Shown here one piece after another: positions 25,548-36,135 of a stretch of DNA of 64,000 nt. Position 1 is the stretch's first letter. Each line of letters begins with the position of its first letter. Made by a program: the position numbers and the translations under genes. This stretch comes from an uncultured Planctomycetia bacterium (GTDB taxonomy: Bacteria; Omnitrophota; Gorgyraeia; Pluralincolimonadales; Pluralincolimonadaceae), in NCBI GenBank assembly GCA_964650515.1, contig CAZYUB010000007.1, positions 20,837 through 84,836 on the forward strand. Direction: 5' to 3'. A model generated the notes under the pieces. It made no database searches, was not told where the DNA came from, and saw only the letters and a program-made list of their open reading frames with translations.

Positions 25548-27905
25548 ATGGGTAGTAAGCTGGATAAGTACGGTTATTTCGATAACGATAAGAAAGAATT
25601 CGTCATCGCGAGGCCCGACACGCCTCTTCCGTGGATCAATTACCTCGGCTGCGAGCAGTATTGCGGCCTCATGTCGAACACCGCGGGCGGCTACAGCTTC
25701 TGGATAGACCCGCTCGAGAACAGGATACTGCGTTACAGGTATAATAATATCCCTTCCGACAGGGGCGGCAGGTACATCTACCTGAGGGACAACAAGTCCC
25801 GCGATTTCTGGTCCGCCTCGTGGCAGCCCGTCCTTAAAAGCCCCGATAAATACAAATACGAGTGCCGCCACGGCCTCGGGTATACCGTCATATCATCGGA
25901 ATATTCCGGCATAAAGACGAAGACATCATATTTCGTCCCTCTCGGGGAGAACCTCGAGATATGGATGATGGAGGTCGAGAACGCCTCGAAGAAAGACAGA
26001 GACCTTGACGTCATTTCTTTCGTGGAGTTCTGCCTGCCGAACGCGCTCGAGGACATGACGAACTTCCAGGCGAACCTTAACACCGGCGAGACCGACTACG
26101 AGGACGGCACCGTCTACAACATCAGCAAACACCGCGTTACTAAGGCGCATTTCTCGTTCTTTACCGTCGCCAACCGGAAGGTCAATAGCTTCGACAGCAA
26201 GCGCGACGACTTCCTCGGGCCTTACGCCGACCTCAGCGCGCCGCGCGCCGTCGTGGAGGGCAAGGGCAAGAACGGCATCAGCTGCGGCTGGTCGCCGGTC
26301 GGGTCGCACAATATAGGCATGAAACTGAAGAAGGGCGAGTCGAAGACGGTGATATTCATCCTCGGCATCGCGCATTCGAGGAAAGAGGTCGACGGCTACA
26401 GGAAAAAATATTCCAACAGGGCCAAGGTCCTCGACGCATTGAAAAACCTCAACGGGCACTGGGAGGAGAACCTCGACAAATTCAAGGTCGAGACTCCGGA
26501 CGGCGACCTTGACCTGATGGCTAACATCTGGAACCAGTACCAGTGCCGCTCGACGTTCAACTGGTCGCGCTCGGCCTCATACTATGAATCCGGCATCGGC
26601 CGCGGCATGGGTTTCCGCGACTCGAACCAGGACACGCTCGGTTTCGTGCATATGGTCCCGGAGAAGGTGAAGCAGAGGATAATCGACCTCGCCTCCACGC
26701 AGTTCGAGGAGGGCGACGCGCACCACCAGTATTCCCCGCTCACGAAGAAGGGAAGGGAGCGCGGATATTCCGACGACCACCTCTGGCTCATATATTCCGT
26801 CGCGGAATATATCAAGGAGACGGGCGATACGAATTTCCTCTTAGAGAAGATCCCTTACAACAACGAAAAGACAGGCACACTGCTCGAGCATCTCGAAAGG
26901 GCGATAGATTATTCGGTCAAGAACACCGGGCCGCACGGCCTGCCGCTCTCCGGGTTCGCCGATTGGAACGACTGCCTTAACCTGCGCGGGCCTAACAACA
27001 AGGGCGAGTCGGTCTTAGTCGCGCAGATGCTCGTGCTGGCCGCGAAGGAGATGGCCGGCCTGCTGAGGTTCGTGAAGGAGCCGAACAAGGCGGCGCGTTT
27101 CGACGAGATAGCGGAGCGCATGACGGAGAGGATAAACGAGGTCGCCTGGGACGGCGCGTGGTATGTCAGGGCTTATGACGACAACTCGAACGTGGTCGGC
27201 TCAAAAAAGAACAAGGAAGGCAGGATATTCCTTGAGTCGCAGGGATGGGCGGTCATGTCGGGCGTGGCGCCGAAAGACAGGGCGATAAAGACGCTCGATT
27301 CGGTCGAAGAGCACCTCGCCACCGAGCACGGCGTCATCCTCCAGCAGCCGGCTTACAACGATTACCACAAGAGCCTGGGCGATGTCTCGTCATACCCGCC
27401 GGGGCTCAAGGAGAACGCCGGCATATTCTGCCATCCGAACCCGTGGGTCATGATAGCTGAATGCATAGCCGGGCGCGGCGACAGGGCGCTTTGGTATTAC
27501 AAGGCGATACTGCCGCCGTCGAAGGACCCGGATGTCCGCAGGGTCGAGCCGTATATCTATTGCCAGATGGTCGCCGGAAGGGACCATCCCGATTTCGGCG
27601 AGGGCAAGAACTCGTGGCTTACCGGGACTTCGGCGTGGAATTTCGTCGCGGTCTCGAAGTATATAATCGGGATAAGGCCGGATTACGACGGGCTTGTCGT
27701 CGACCCCTGCATACCGGAAAAATGGGCGGGGTTCAGGGCGGCGAGGAAGTTCCGCAACGCCGTCTACGACATCTCGGTGGATAATCCCGGGCATGTCAGC
27801 AAGGGCGTATCTTCGGTAAAGGTGGACGGGAAGTTCATAGAGGGGAACAAACTGCCCGTATTCAACGACGGCAAGAAACATTCCGTCGAGATAACTATGG
27901 GCTAA
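25548..27905 (+). CDS. GH94 cellobiose/cellodextrin phosphorylase
   Basis: Length (785 aa) and GH94-like motifs throughout; no signal peptide, so cytoplasmic. Confidence 0.85.
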   Translation: MGSKLDKYGYFDNDKKEFVIARPDTPLPWINYLGCEQYCGLMSNTAGGYSFWIDPLENRILRYRYNNIPSDRGGRYIYLRDNKSRDFWSASWQPVLKSPDKYKYECRHGLGYTVISSEYSGIKTKTSYFVPLGENLEIWMMEVENASKKDRDLDVISFVEFCLPNALEDMTNFQANLNTGETDYEDGTVYNISKHRVTKAHFSFFTVANRKVNSFDSKRDDFLGPYADLSAPRAVVEGKGKNGISCGWSPVGSHNIGMKLKKGESKTVIFILGIAHSRKEVDGYRKKYSNRAKVLDALKNLNGHWEENLDKFKVETPDGDLDLMANIWNQYQCRSTFNWSRSASYYESGIGRGMGFRDSNQDTLGFVHMVPEKVKQRIIDLASTQFEEGDAHHQYSPLTKKGRERGYSDDHLWLIYSVAEYIKETGDTNFLLEKIPYNNEKTGTLLEHLERAIDYSVKNTGPHGLPLSGFADWNDCLNLRGPNNKGESVLVAQMLVLAAKEMAGLLRFVKEPNKAARFDEIAERMTERINEVAWDGAWYVRAYDDNSNVVGSKKNKEGRIFLESQGWAVMSGVAPKDRAIKTLDSVEEHLATEHGVILQQPAYNDYHKSLGDVSSYPPGLKENAGIFCHPNPWVMIAECIAGRGDRALWYYKAILPPSKDPDVRRVEPYIYCQMVAGRDHPDFGEGKNSWLTGTSAWNFVAVSKYIIGIRPDYDGLVVDPCIPEKWAGFRAARKFRNAVYDISVDNPGHVSKGVSSVKVDGKFIEGNKLPVFNDGKKHSVEITMG

Positions 27906-27908
27906 CGC

Positions 27909-29033
27909 ATGAAGGAGACACAGATGAAGAAAGCGATGATCCTGGCAATGATGCTGGCGGTGCCGCAGTTGTGCATGGCCGCCGAATACGGGACCGTGTT
28001 CAAGGAGAATATGGGCAAGTACACATACGCATACCCGTCCACGAGCACGATCGAGATAGCCGAGCAGGGCGCGAAGGCCGGAAGGTCCTGCCTCCTGTTT
28101 GTCCTCGACCATAAGGAATACTCGGGCGGCGCGTTCGCGTTCAGCGATCCGATTGACGTTTCCCCGATAAAGGATACCGGCTCGCTCGAGTTCTGGATAA
28201 AGGGCGGCAACGGCGGGGAGAGGCTTGAGGTCGCGCTCGTGAACGAGCAGGCCGACGGTAAAAAAGCCGAAAGCTTTTTAAGCTTAAATTCCGTAAGCAG
28301 CGTCGACAACCGGTGGAAGAAGGTAGAGATACCGCTGAAGCTCTTCCCAAAGAACGGCATCTACTGGGACGCGGATAAGGGCAAGGAGCTCCCGCTCGCG
28401 TTCGACTGGAAGAACGTGACGGAATTCAAGGTCCGGACGAGGCCTACGCAGGGCCAGGATGACATAAAACTCTATTTCGACGATATCGTCTTCACGAAAG
28501 ACGCGGCTCCGGGCGTCAACGCGCTTGTCGTGTTCGACGGGGCGTTCCCGTCCTATACGTACGCGTATCCGGAGAGCGGAAGCAGGATAACCGTATCGGC
28601 CGGTGACGTGTTCGAGGGCAAGCCCTCGGCGAAGATATCGCTTAACGCGAAGGACTATTCGGGCGCCGCGTTCGCTTTCGGGCCCGTTGACCTCAGCGGA
28701 ATGCGCGAAGCGGGAGTCCTCGAGTTCATGATGAAGAGCGGCGCGGGCGGCGAGAAGGTGGAGATATGCCTCGTGCAGGCGGCAGAGCCGAAAGTAGAGA
28801 CCGGCGTGAGCCTGAGCGGCATAAAACCCCTGACTGCCGAATGGCAGAAATACGAGATACCGCTTAGCATGTTCCAGGACAGGGGCAAGTACTGGGACGA
28901 GGTCTCCAAGAAAGAGGTCGGCGCTGACGTGAAGAACTGGGACAAGATCGGCGAGCTCAAGTTCAAGATAAGGAAGGACGAGAACAAAGAATGCTCCCTA
29001 TACATAACGGACGTAAAGTTCAGATTGCAGTAA
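27909..29033 (+). CDS. Secreted protein with two tandem carbohydrate-binding-module-like beta-sandwich domains
   Basis: Signal peptide; internal duplication (EFWIKGGNGGERLEVALV and EFMMKSGAGGEKVEICLV). Confidence 0.6.
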   Translation: MKETQMKKAMILAMMLAVPQLCMAAEYGTVFKENMGKYTYAYPSTSTIEIAEQGAKAGRSCLLFVLDHKEYSGGAFAFSDPIDVSPIKDTGSLEFWIKGGNGGERLEVALVNEQADGKKAESFLSLNSVSSVDNRWKKVEIPLKLFPKNGIYWDADKGKELPLAFDWKNVTEFKVRTRPTQGQDDIKLYFDDIVFTKDAAPGVNALVVFDGAFPSYTYAYPESGSRITVSAGDVFEGKPSAKISLNAKDYSGAAFAFGPVDLSGMREAGVLEFMMKSGAGGEKVEICLVQAAEPKVETGVSLSGIKPLTAEWQKYEIPLSMFQDRGKYWDEVSKKEVGADVKNWDKIGELKFKIRKDENKECSLYITDVKFRLQ

Positions 29034-31288
29034 TTGCGGCGGCGGTATTGCTCTGTTCATGCGCGAAGAAACCCGAAGTCGAATTCAAATTGCGGGTTTT
29101 CGACGGTGATATGGCCGGCTGCAGGGAATATTGGGGCGACTCCTGGATAGGAAGCGGAAGCGGAAGCCGCGTCGACCGGGCCGACGACAAGATAAAACTG
29201 GCCGACCTTGGAAAAGAAGGGCCTGTCCCTGAGGGGCTTGCGCTCGATTTTTCCGGGGAGAACGTTAAGGGCGGCTGGTGGTCCGCTTGTCTGGCCCGGC
29301 CAATGTGGCAGGTGATGTCGCTCGATAATTACAGGGACAAGGGATGCCTCGAGATGTGCGTAAAGGGCGCCTCCGGAGGGGAGGAGTTCATCATAGGGCT
29401 TGCAGACAAGAGCAAGCTTAAGAGGGAGGCAATGCTGCCTTCCTCAAGGTTCTTCGCGGTCACTACGCAATGGCAGCGCGTAAGGATACCCCTGTCGGAA
29501 TTTGCCGCTGTAAAGCAAAGCCTCGATTTCGACAGGATATCGCACATCATAATCAGGAACGGGAACAAGCCGGGGAAATTCGCCTTTTATATAAAGGACG
29601 CGGCTTTCCGTTCGGAGCTCGTCGAGAAGTCCTATCCGCTCATCAAGGTGGACCAGGCGGGATACGCGCCTGCGGAAAAGAAGGTAGCCAAGGTATCCGG
29701 TATCGGGATAAAGGGCTACGGCGGCAGCGAATTCCATTTGATCGACGAGGATACAGGCAAGGAGGCCTTCTCCGGCAGGTTGAAGTACGTCTCGGGGCGC
29801 GATAGAGCGACGGGCGACGCGGTGTTCGACGCGGATTTTACCGCGTTCGACAGGCCCGGAAGGTACAGGGTGCGTATAGTGAGAATAGAGCACGATAGCC
29901 CCGTTTTTTGCGTCTCGGATTCCGCTTATGATACCGTGCTGCGCGATTCATTGAGGATGTATTTTTACCAGAGGTGCGGGACGGCCCTCGAGGCCGGATG
30001 CGCCGGCAAATGGACGCACGCTTCATGCCATAACGATGATGCGTACCTGTTCTCCGACGAGTCGAAAAAGATCGAGGCGACGGGCGGCTGGCATGACGCA
30101 GGTGATTACGGGAAATATGTGGTCAACGGCGGCATCGCCGCGGGAACGTTGCTGGCGATATACGAGCTCCGTCCGGGGAACTTTTCAGACGGCCAGCTCG
30201 GTATACCCGAGAGCGGGAACTCCGTCCCCGATATTCTCGACGAGGCGAGGCGGGAGGTCGAGTGGTTCCTGAAGATGCAGAGGGAAGACGGCGCGGCCTG
30301 CCATAAGCTGGCCGGGGAATATGCCCCCGTCGACAGGTCTCCGGACCGGGACCAGGTAAAAAGGTTCATAATGGACATATCGACCCCTGCAACCGCGAAC
30401 CTGGCCGCTGTCGCCGCGATAGCCTCGCGGACCTACGGCAAGCATGACCCGGTTTTCTCGAAGAGATGCCTGGATGCGGCGGAAAGGGCGTGGGCGTACC
30501 TGGAGTCCCACCCTTCGAATTATCCGCCGAGGGGCTACTCCGATCCTGTTTTGGATAAGGGCGAAATTGACGGAGGCGATTACGGCGACGACCCGCAGGG
30601 AAAATGGACTCAGGGCGACAGGGACGAAAGGTTCTGGGCCGCCTGCGAACTTTTCCGCGCTACGGGAAAAGGCGTATACCATGATTACATAAAAGCGAAT
30701 TACGGGATATTCAAGGCCGGCCACGCGATGAACTGGCAACAGGTGCAGAACCTGGGCCTCTATTCATATTGCATGTCCGCGCCAGCCGATACTTCGCTGA
30801 AGAAGGAGATAATGGAGTCCCTCGGCAAGTACGGCAAGGGAATATTGAAGGCCTCCCGCGCCAACGCTTATAGCAACGCAAACCGCGAATATGAATATTA
30901 CTGGGGCTCGAACACAGTCGCGCTGAATTACGGCGTCGACCTGATATACCTGTACGAGATGACCGGAGACCGCAGGTACAGGGACGCCGCGCTCGACCAG
31001 CTGCACTATATACTCGGCAGGAACGTCTTCGGGCTGTCGATGGTAAGCGGCATCGGAGAGAAAAGTATAGAAAAATATTATCACACATGGTTTAATAATA
31101 GCGATTACGACACATTGCCCCCGGGATTCATGGTCGGGGGGCCGAATGCCGATAATTTCAGGGTATCGCGGTATCCGGGGCGCTGCTACAAGAACGTCGG
31201 CTCCGACTTCACCGTCGACGAGATAGCGGTAAATTACAATGCGCCGCTGGTCTTCGTATCGGGTTATTTCAAGGAGGATAAGAGATGA
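28991..31288 (+). CDS. GH9 endoglucanase lipoprotein (carbohydrate-binding-module-like domain, CelD-type Ig-like domain, GH9 catalytic domain)
   Basis: ATGGWHDAGDYGKYVVNG and DEIAVNYNAPLVFV GH9 signatures; VDQAGYAPAEKKVAKV Ig-like N-terminal domain; LLCSC lipobox-like sequence. Confidence 0.85.
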   Translation: MLPIHNGRKVQIAVIAAAVLLCSCAKKPEVEFKLRVFDGDMAGCREYWGDSWIGSGSGSRVDRADDKIKLADLGKEGPVPEGLALDFSGENVKGGWWSACLARPMWQVMSLDNYRDKGCLEMCVKGASGGEEFIIGLADKSKLKREAMLPSSRFFAVTTQWQRVRIPLSEFAAVKQSLDFDRISHIIIRNGNKPGKFAFYIKDAAFRSELVEKSYPLIKVDQAGYAPAEKKVAKVSGIGIKGYGGSEFHLIDEDTGKEAFSGRLKYVSGRDRATGDAVFDADFTAFDRPGRYRVRIVRIEHDSPVFCVSDSAYDTVLRDSLRMYFYQRCGTALEAGCAGKWTHASCHNDDAYLFSDESKKIEATGGWHDAGDYGKYVVNGGIAAGTLLAIYELRPGNFSDGQLGIPESGNSVPDILDEARREVEWFLKMQREDGAACHKLAGEYAPVDRSPDRDQVKRFIMDISTPATANLAAVAAIASRTYGKHDPVFSKRCLDAAERAWAYLESHPSNYPPRGYSDPVLDKGEIDGGDYGDDPQGKWTQGDRDERFWAACELFRATGKGVYHDYIKANYGIFKAGHAMNWQQVQNLGLYSYCMSAPADTSLKKEIMESLGKYGKGILKASRANAYSNANREYEYYWGSNTVALNYGVDLIYLYEMTGDRRYRDAALDQLHYILGRNVFGLSMVSGIGEKSIEKYYHTWFNNSDYDTLPPGFMVGGPNADNFRVSRYPGRCYKNVGSDFTVDEIAVNYNAPLVFVSGYFKEDKR

Positions 31289-31881
31289 AAAAGGTTTTTT
31301 TGGCAGCCCTGATGATGCTGCAGGCAGCGGCCCTGTGCGCGGCGGTAGTTTACGGGATCTTCTCCGAGGAGATAGAGAAGGAAGGTACCTACCACTATTC
31401 CTACCCGACGGACGGTACGAGCGAGATAAGGACCACGAACATAGAGAAACATTCGGGGAATTATTCGATGAAGGTCACGCTTAACCCTTCCGGGTTTTCG
31501 GGCGCGGCTATAGGCAATTACCCGCCGATGGACCTGTCGAAATGCCGTGAGACTGGCGCGCTGGAATTCTGGATAAAAGGTGAGAACGGCGGCGAGAAGT
31601 GCGAGATACTCCTTCTCGACGACTCGAATAACGACGGCAACAAGACGGAAGTCGGGGTGGCAATAACGCCGAAATATGTGGCGATAACAAAGGACTGGCA
31701 GAAGGTCAGCGTCCCGCTGAAGGCGTTCCCGAACGACGGGCAGTACTGGGACGGCGAGAAGAACGTCAAGAATGCCGTCAATTGGAGCGAGATCGTGGAG
31801 TTCAAGGTCGCGAGCCGCCCCTATGACAAGAACGCCGGGTTCACGGTCTATATAGACGACGTGAACATAGTGATGCCATGA
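31285..31881 (+). CDS. Secreted single carbohydrate-binding-module-like domain protein
   Basis: Signal peptide; EFWIKGENGGEKCEILLL motif. Confidence 0.6.
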   Translation: MKKVFLAALMMLQAAALCAAVVYGIFSEEIEKEGTYHYSYPTDGTSEIRTTNIEKHSGNYSMKVTLNPSGFSGAAIGNYPPMDLSKCRETGALEFWIKGENGGEKCEILLLDDSNNDGNKTEVGVAITPKYVAITKDWQKVSVPLKAFPNDGQYWDGEKNVKNAVNWSEIVEFKVASRPYDKNAGFTVYIDDVNIVMP

Positions 31882-34760
31882 TAAAAAACATAAGATCGTT
31901 CCTCGCGATGGCCGTATGCGGCGCCTTCATTCTGCCGAACTCCGGGAGCTGGTATACGAAGGACGATTCGCCGGATAAGGGCGCCTCCGTGATAAGCTTT
32001 AGGGTCGACGAGAAAGCGGACGCAACAGGCGGCGACGGCTCGATATCGTTCGAATATTCCCTGGGTAAAGGTTTCCAGTGGCCGTATGTCCAGTTATTGT
32101 GCCCGCTTTCGCAGGATGGTGCCGCGGGCACCAAGGACCTCAGCGCGTATTCCGGCGTGTCGCTCTGGATCAAGACCGAAGGAAAGACGCAGGTGAGGAT
32201 CGTCATATTCACCTGCGAAGACGGCGTTACCGACATAAATAACAGCGGCACCTACAGGCACAACGAAGTATCGATAAAGACATCCGACAGGTTCGTCCAT
32301 TACAAGATACCTTTCGAGCAGTTCAAGACGCCGCAGTGGTGGTTGAGCCAGCATACCGGTGCCAAGAAACAGCCCGACTGGAGCAAGTCGATAGAATTCG
32401 CGGTAATGGAAGACGACAGCCTCTCTGCCGGCGCGGGTGAGAAGGGGTGGATAGACGGGATAACTTTTTACAGGGGCCCGCTCGAGATAAAGGCCGCGTC
32501 GCCCGCGGACAGGGAATCCGGGGTGAAAGCGGACGCGCCGGTAAAGATATCGTTCAGTTTTCCCGTGACGACCGAAGAACTCCAAAAAAATTTCCGGCTC
32601 ATAAAGACGGACCAGGGCGGAAAACCCGTCGAATGCGCCGTAACCGTGTCCGCTGACGGGCGGGAAGCGGTGTTTACTCCCTCGAAACCGCTCGATGCCA
32701 AGAGCCGTTATCTTTATAAGATATACAAGAGACTCGTGAACTTCACGACGGAATACGGTATCGGGAATATCTACGGTCGCGTGACCGGCGAGGATGGAAA
32801 GCCCGTCGCCGACGCGTCGGTAAGGACATATCCCGACGATAAGAGGACGAGGACCGACAAGGACGGCAGGTACTATTTCGAGGGAGTGAACCTCGACAGG
32901 ATATACCTCTACTGCGTGAAAGACGGCTATTATACGGGATTCGGAGTGTTGCCGCTCGTGCCGAAGGAGGATTTCTATGTCGATTTCAGGCTTTCGGAAA
33001 CCCCGAGACGGGACGGGAAAGTCCAGCCGTTCCTGTTCGGCGTGAATTTCAACGACTGGGAGACCGAAGGGTACCTTCTACCGGTAAAGGACAAGGTCAA
33101 GGCCGCGGGTTTCACGATAATGAGGTGGGGCGGCATCGGCAAGGACCTTATCGAGGTCGACGAGGCGAAGATAGACGAGTTCATCTCATACGCGAAAGCG
33201 GTAAGGGCTGAACCCGTCGTGCAGGTCAGGCTCATTAAAGGCAGTATCGAAGAGGCGGTCAAGGCGGTCAAATACTGCAATATCGCCAAGCGCTACAAGG
33301 TGAAATACTGGATAATCGGCAACGAGCCCGACTGGTATAACGAGAAGCAGTGGGGGCCTTACGGCGCGGAGGATTACTGCAGGGATTACCGCGCGTATTA
33401 CAACGCTATGAAGGCGGTGGACCCCTCGATAAAGATAATGGGCCCCGAGCTGACCGCGAAATACTATCTCGCCGCGCCGGACAACTGGATAGAGCCGTTC
33501 CTCAGGGAATGCGGCGATATAATAGATATCATATCGATACACCTCTACCCGTACAGCGGCAAGCAGCCGCCCCAGCAGACGCTTATGGGCCTCGGCAATT
33601 ACAGGCGCGTGATAGACAGCATCAGGCAGAAGGCGCGGGAGATCTCCGGGCGCGAGATACCCATTGCGGTCACCGAGTATAACCTGACATGGGACTGGCT
33701 CGCCGAGGGCGACGGCGCGAACAATTCGTTTTACGCGGGCCTCTACCTCGCCGACTTCCTCGGCGCAATGGCGGAGAAACAGGTGTTCATCGCGAACTTC
33801 TGGGACATCATGGAGAAGGGCACGATCGGGTTCCTCGAGCATGAGACGTTCAAGCCGTACCCGACCTATTACACGTTCATGATGTACAAGAATTTCCGCG
33901 GCGAGCTCATAGATACCGTGACGGACAAAAAAGAGCTGAAGGTCTACGGCGCGAAGGACAAAAGCGGCAATGTGGTATTGATGGTCATCAACAAGAGCGG
34001 CAGCAGGCAGGTCGAGGCGGAACTCGCCCCGGGGGCCCTGAAGAAAATACAGGACAGGTATTATTCCTTCCCGCCGTATTCGCTTACTTGCCTGAAGATC
34101 GGCTCCGGCGGCAGGTGCTCCGACGCGTGGCAGTATTCGAAGGAGCTATACGATAAAGGCGAAGGCATGCTGTCGGGCAGGGAGCTTGTAAAGAAGACCG
34201 TGCTGAAAGAGCTTGCCCCTGCGGCCGCGCAGGCCGGGCCCGGGGCAGGCAAAGGCCTGATGGATGATTTCGAAAGCAGGGACTTCGTATCACCGATGGG
34301 CGGCGCATGGATACCGGAAGACGACTCGGTAAACGGCGGCGATTCGACGGCGAAGATATCGCTTGCCGAAGGCAACGGCAGCGCCTCGGGCCTGAAGTTC
34401 GAATATACGCTTGGCGGGAAATTCAACAACAGGTATTCCATATGCGCGGCGGTATTCGACGGCCCCGTTGACCTTTCGAAGCACAGGAAAATGGTATTCT
34501 GGGCCAAAGGGTCGGCAAAGCCCTTCAAGATAAAGGTCTGCTCCGCCTCCGTAGGCGATTATGACTACCATGGCACCGCAATAACTCCCTCCGAAGATTG
34601 GAAAGAATATTCCGTTGACCTGCCCTCCCTCAAGCAGGAGGGTTGGGGCAGGAAAACAGATATTGACCTCACGCAGGTAAACAAGATACAATTTGAATCA
34701 GGCACGAAGACCGCCGGTGACGAAGGTTTCATTGTCGTTGACGATATCCGTTTCGAATAA
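31878..34760 (+). CDS. Multidomain secreted glycoside hydrolase: CBM-like domain, Ig-like domain, CarboxypepD_reg-like domain, clan GH-A TIM-barrel catalytic domain, C-terminal CBM-like domain
   Basis: GRVTGEDGKPVADASV..DKDGRYYF; YWIIGNEPDW (acid/base) and IAVTEYNL (nucleophile). Family not resolvable by eye (GH5/30/44-like). Confidence 0.65.
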   Translation: MIKNIRSFLAMAVCGAFILPNSGSWYTKDDSPDKGASVISFRVDEKADATGGDGSISFEYSLGKGFQWPYVQLLCPLSQDGAAGTKDLSAYSGVSLWIKTEGKTQVRIVIFTCEDGVTDINNSGTYRHNEVSIKTSDRFVHYKIPFEQFKTPQWWLSQHTGAKKQPDWSKSIEFAVMEDDSLSAGAGEKGWIDGITFYRGPLEIKAASPADRESGVKADAPVKISFSFPVTTEELQKNFRLIKTDQGGKPVECAVTVSADGREAVFTPSKPLDAKSRYLYKIYKRLVNFTTEYGIGNIYGRVTGEDGKPVADASVRTYPDDKRTRTDKDGRYYFEGVNLDRIYLYCVKDGYYTGFGVLPLVPKEDFYVDFRLSETPRRDGKVQPFLFGVNFNDWETEGYLLPVKDKVKAAGFTIMRWGGIGKDLIEVDEAKIDEFISYAKAVRAEPVVQVRLIKGSIEEAVKAVKYCNIAKRYKVKYWIIGNEPDWYNEKQWGPYGAEDYCRDYRAYYNAMKAVDPSIKIMGPELTAKYYLAAPDNWIEPFLRECGDIIDIISIHLYPYSGKQPPQQTLMGLGNYRRVIDSIRQKAREISGREIPIAVTEYNLTWDWLAEGDGANNSFYAGLYLADFLGAMAEKQVFIANFWDIMEKGTIGFLEHETFKPYPTYYTFMMYKNFRGELIDTVTDKKELKVYGAKDKSGNVVLMVINKSGSRQVEAELAPGALKKIQDRYYSFPPYSLTCLKIGSGGRCSDAWQYSKELYDKGEGMLSGRELVKKTVLKELAPAAAQAGPGAGKGLMDDFESRDFVSPMGGAWIPEDDSVNGGDSTAKISLAEGNGSASGLKFEYTLGGKFNNRYSICAAVFDGPVDLSKHRKMVFWAKGSAKPFKIKVCSASVGDYDYHGTAITPSEDWKEYSVDLPSLKQEGWGRKTDIDLTQVNKIQFESGTKTAGDEGFIVVDDIRFE

Positions 34761-34789
34761 CGGAACTTTCCAGGTCGAAAACTGTCTAA

Positions 34790-35332
34790 ATGGGTGAAGA
34801 GAGCATAAATTTCGATGAACTGGTCCTTGAGCATAAGGACAAGGTCTTCAATTTGTGCTACCGTTTCCTCGGCAATTACGAGGAAGCCGACGATTGCGCG
34901 CAGGAGACCTTCGTAAAGGTATACCGCTCTTTGAAGGGCTTCAGGCGGGAGTCGTCCGTCTCGACGTGGATCTACAGGATAGCGGTAAACACCTGCAAGA
35001 ACAGGATCGCTTCGGCGCAATACCGCCGCAGCAGGATAATGGTCCGGCTCGATGAGCCGAAGGAGACCGACGACGGCGCACGGCCCATTGAGATAGGCGA
35101 CGGGAAACTTTCCCCGGCGGCGGAAGCCGGCAGGAGGCAGATGGGCGAGTTGATACAGGAAGCGATAGATTCCCTGCCGCGCGACCAGAAGTCGGTGGTG
35201 ATATTGCGCGATGTGGAGGGGCTTTCATACGAAGATGTCGCCGCGGCCACGGGCCTGAATATCGGGACGGTGAAATCGAAGCTCGCGAGGGCCAGGCAGG
35301 AGTTGAGGGAAAAATTGAAGGGGCTGGTGTAA
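34790..35332 (+). CDS. ECF (sigma-24 type) RNA polymerase sigma factor
   Basis: Region 2 (FNLCYRFLGNYEEADDCAQETFVKVYR) and region 4 HTH (DQKSVVILRDVEGLSYEDVAAATGL). Confidence 0.9.
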   Translation: MGEESINFDELVLEHKDKVFNLCYRFLGNYEEADDCAQETFVKVYRSLKGFRRESSVSTWIYRIAVNTCKNRIASAQYRRSRIMVRLDEPKETDDGARPIEIGDGKLSPAAEAGRRQMGELIQEAIDSLPRDQKSVVILRDVEGLSYEDVAAATGLNIGTVKSKLARARQELREKLKGLV

Positions 35333-36115
35333 ATGGATAACAAAGACAAGAGGGAGATGCTGCCGGAGGACGAATACCTGAAGCAGATGAGTTCCCTGCC
35401 GAAGGTGAAGGCCCCGGATGATTTCCTGCAGAAGGTGCGCGCGCGCATAGAGAGGCGCCCGCTCCGCGAAAGGATAATCGACGCCCTTTTCGTCCCGTTC
35501 AGGATAAAGATACCGCTCGAGGTCGCGGCCGTAACAGCGACGCTCTTGCTCGTTATGTCCAGCCTCGACGTTGTCAAGCCGTCGAAGCAGCTCGCGTCCG
35601 TGCCGAAGTCCGACGTCGAGGAAGCGGTCGTCGGCAAGGCGGAAGCCGGGGGAGCCTCCCAGGATGAAAAAGATGCTTTCAAATACCAGGTATATGTAAA
35701 TAAGCCGAAAGAGGAAGAAAAAGCTGTTACTGAAACGCCCGTGACGACAGAGGGCCTCAAAATGAAGAAGGCGGAATATAAAGAGAGCCGGCTGTGCGAG
35801 AAAGAGGTCGATGCAGTATGCGCGGATGCGGCTGCGCCCGCACTCAGGTCATCAAAAGGATTTTTACGGGCGGATACGCTTCCGGCGATAAAAGGATATA
35901 TAGAATCGTCGCAGGGCGTCATAACCCACATCGAGACCGACAAGAATACCGGAAAGGCGCTGTATATTGACGCCGAGATACCCGCCGCGAACTATGAATC
36001 GTTCAAGAAGAAGCTGGAAGATCCCGCCATATCCCGCAATATAAAGATTGAGCCCATCCTGAAGGATTCCCCGCAGGGAAGCAATATAATCCAAATCCGC
36101 ATTTTTATGATATAA
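35333..36115 (+). CDS. Putative anti-sigma factor (single-pass membrane protein)
   Basis: Immediately downstream of the ECF sigma with a TAAATG overlap; one TM segment (VAAVTATLLLVMSSL). Confidence 0.55.
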   Translation: MDNKDKREMLPEDEYLKQMSSLPKVKAPDDFLQKVRARIERRPLRERIIDALFVPFRIKIPLEVAAVTATLLLVMSSLDVVKPSKQLASVPKSDVEEAVVGKAEAGGASQDEKDAFKYQVYVNKPKEEEKAVTETPVTTEGLKMKKAEYKESRLCEKEVDAVCADAAAPALRSSKGFLRADTLPAIKGYIESSQGVITHIETDKNTGKALYIDAEIPAANYESFKKKLEDPAISRNIKIEPILKDSPQGSNIIQIRIFMI

Positions 36116-36135
36116 TCTAGAAAACGGAGGTCTGC

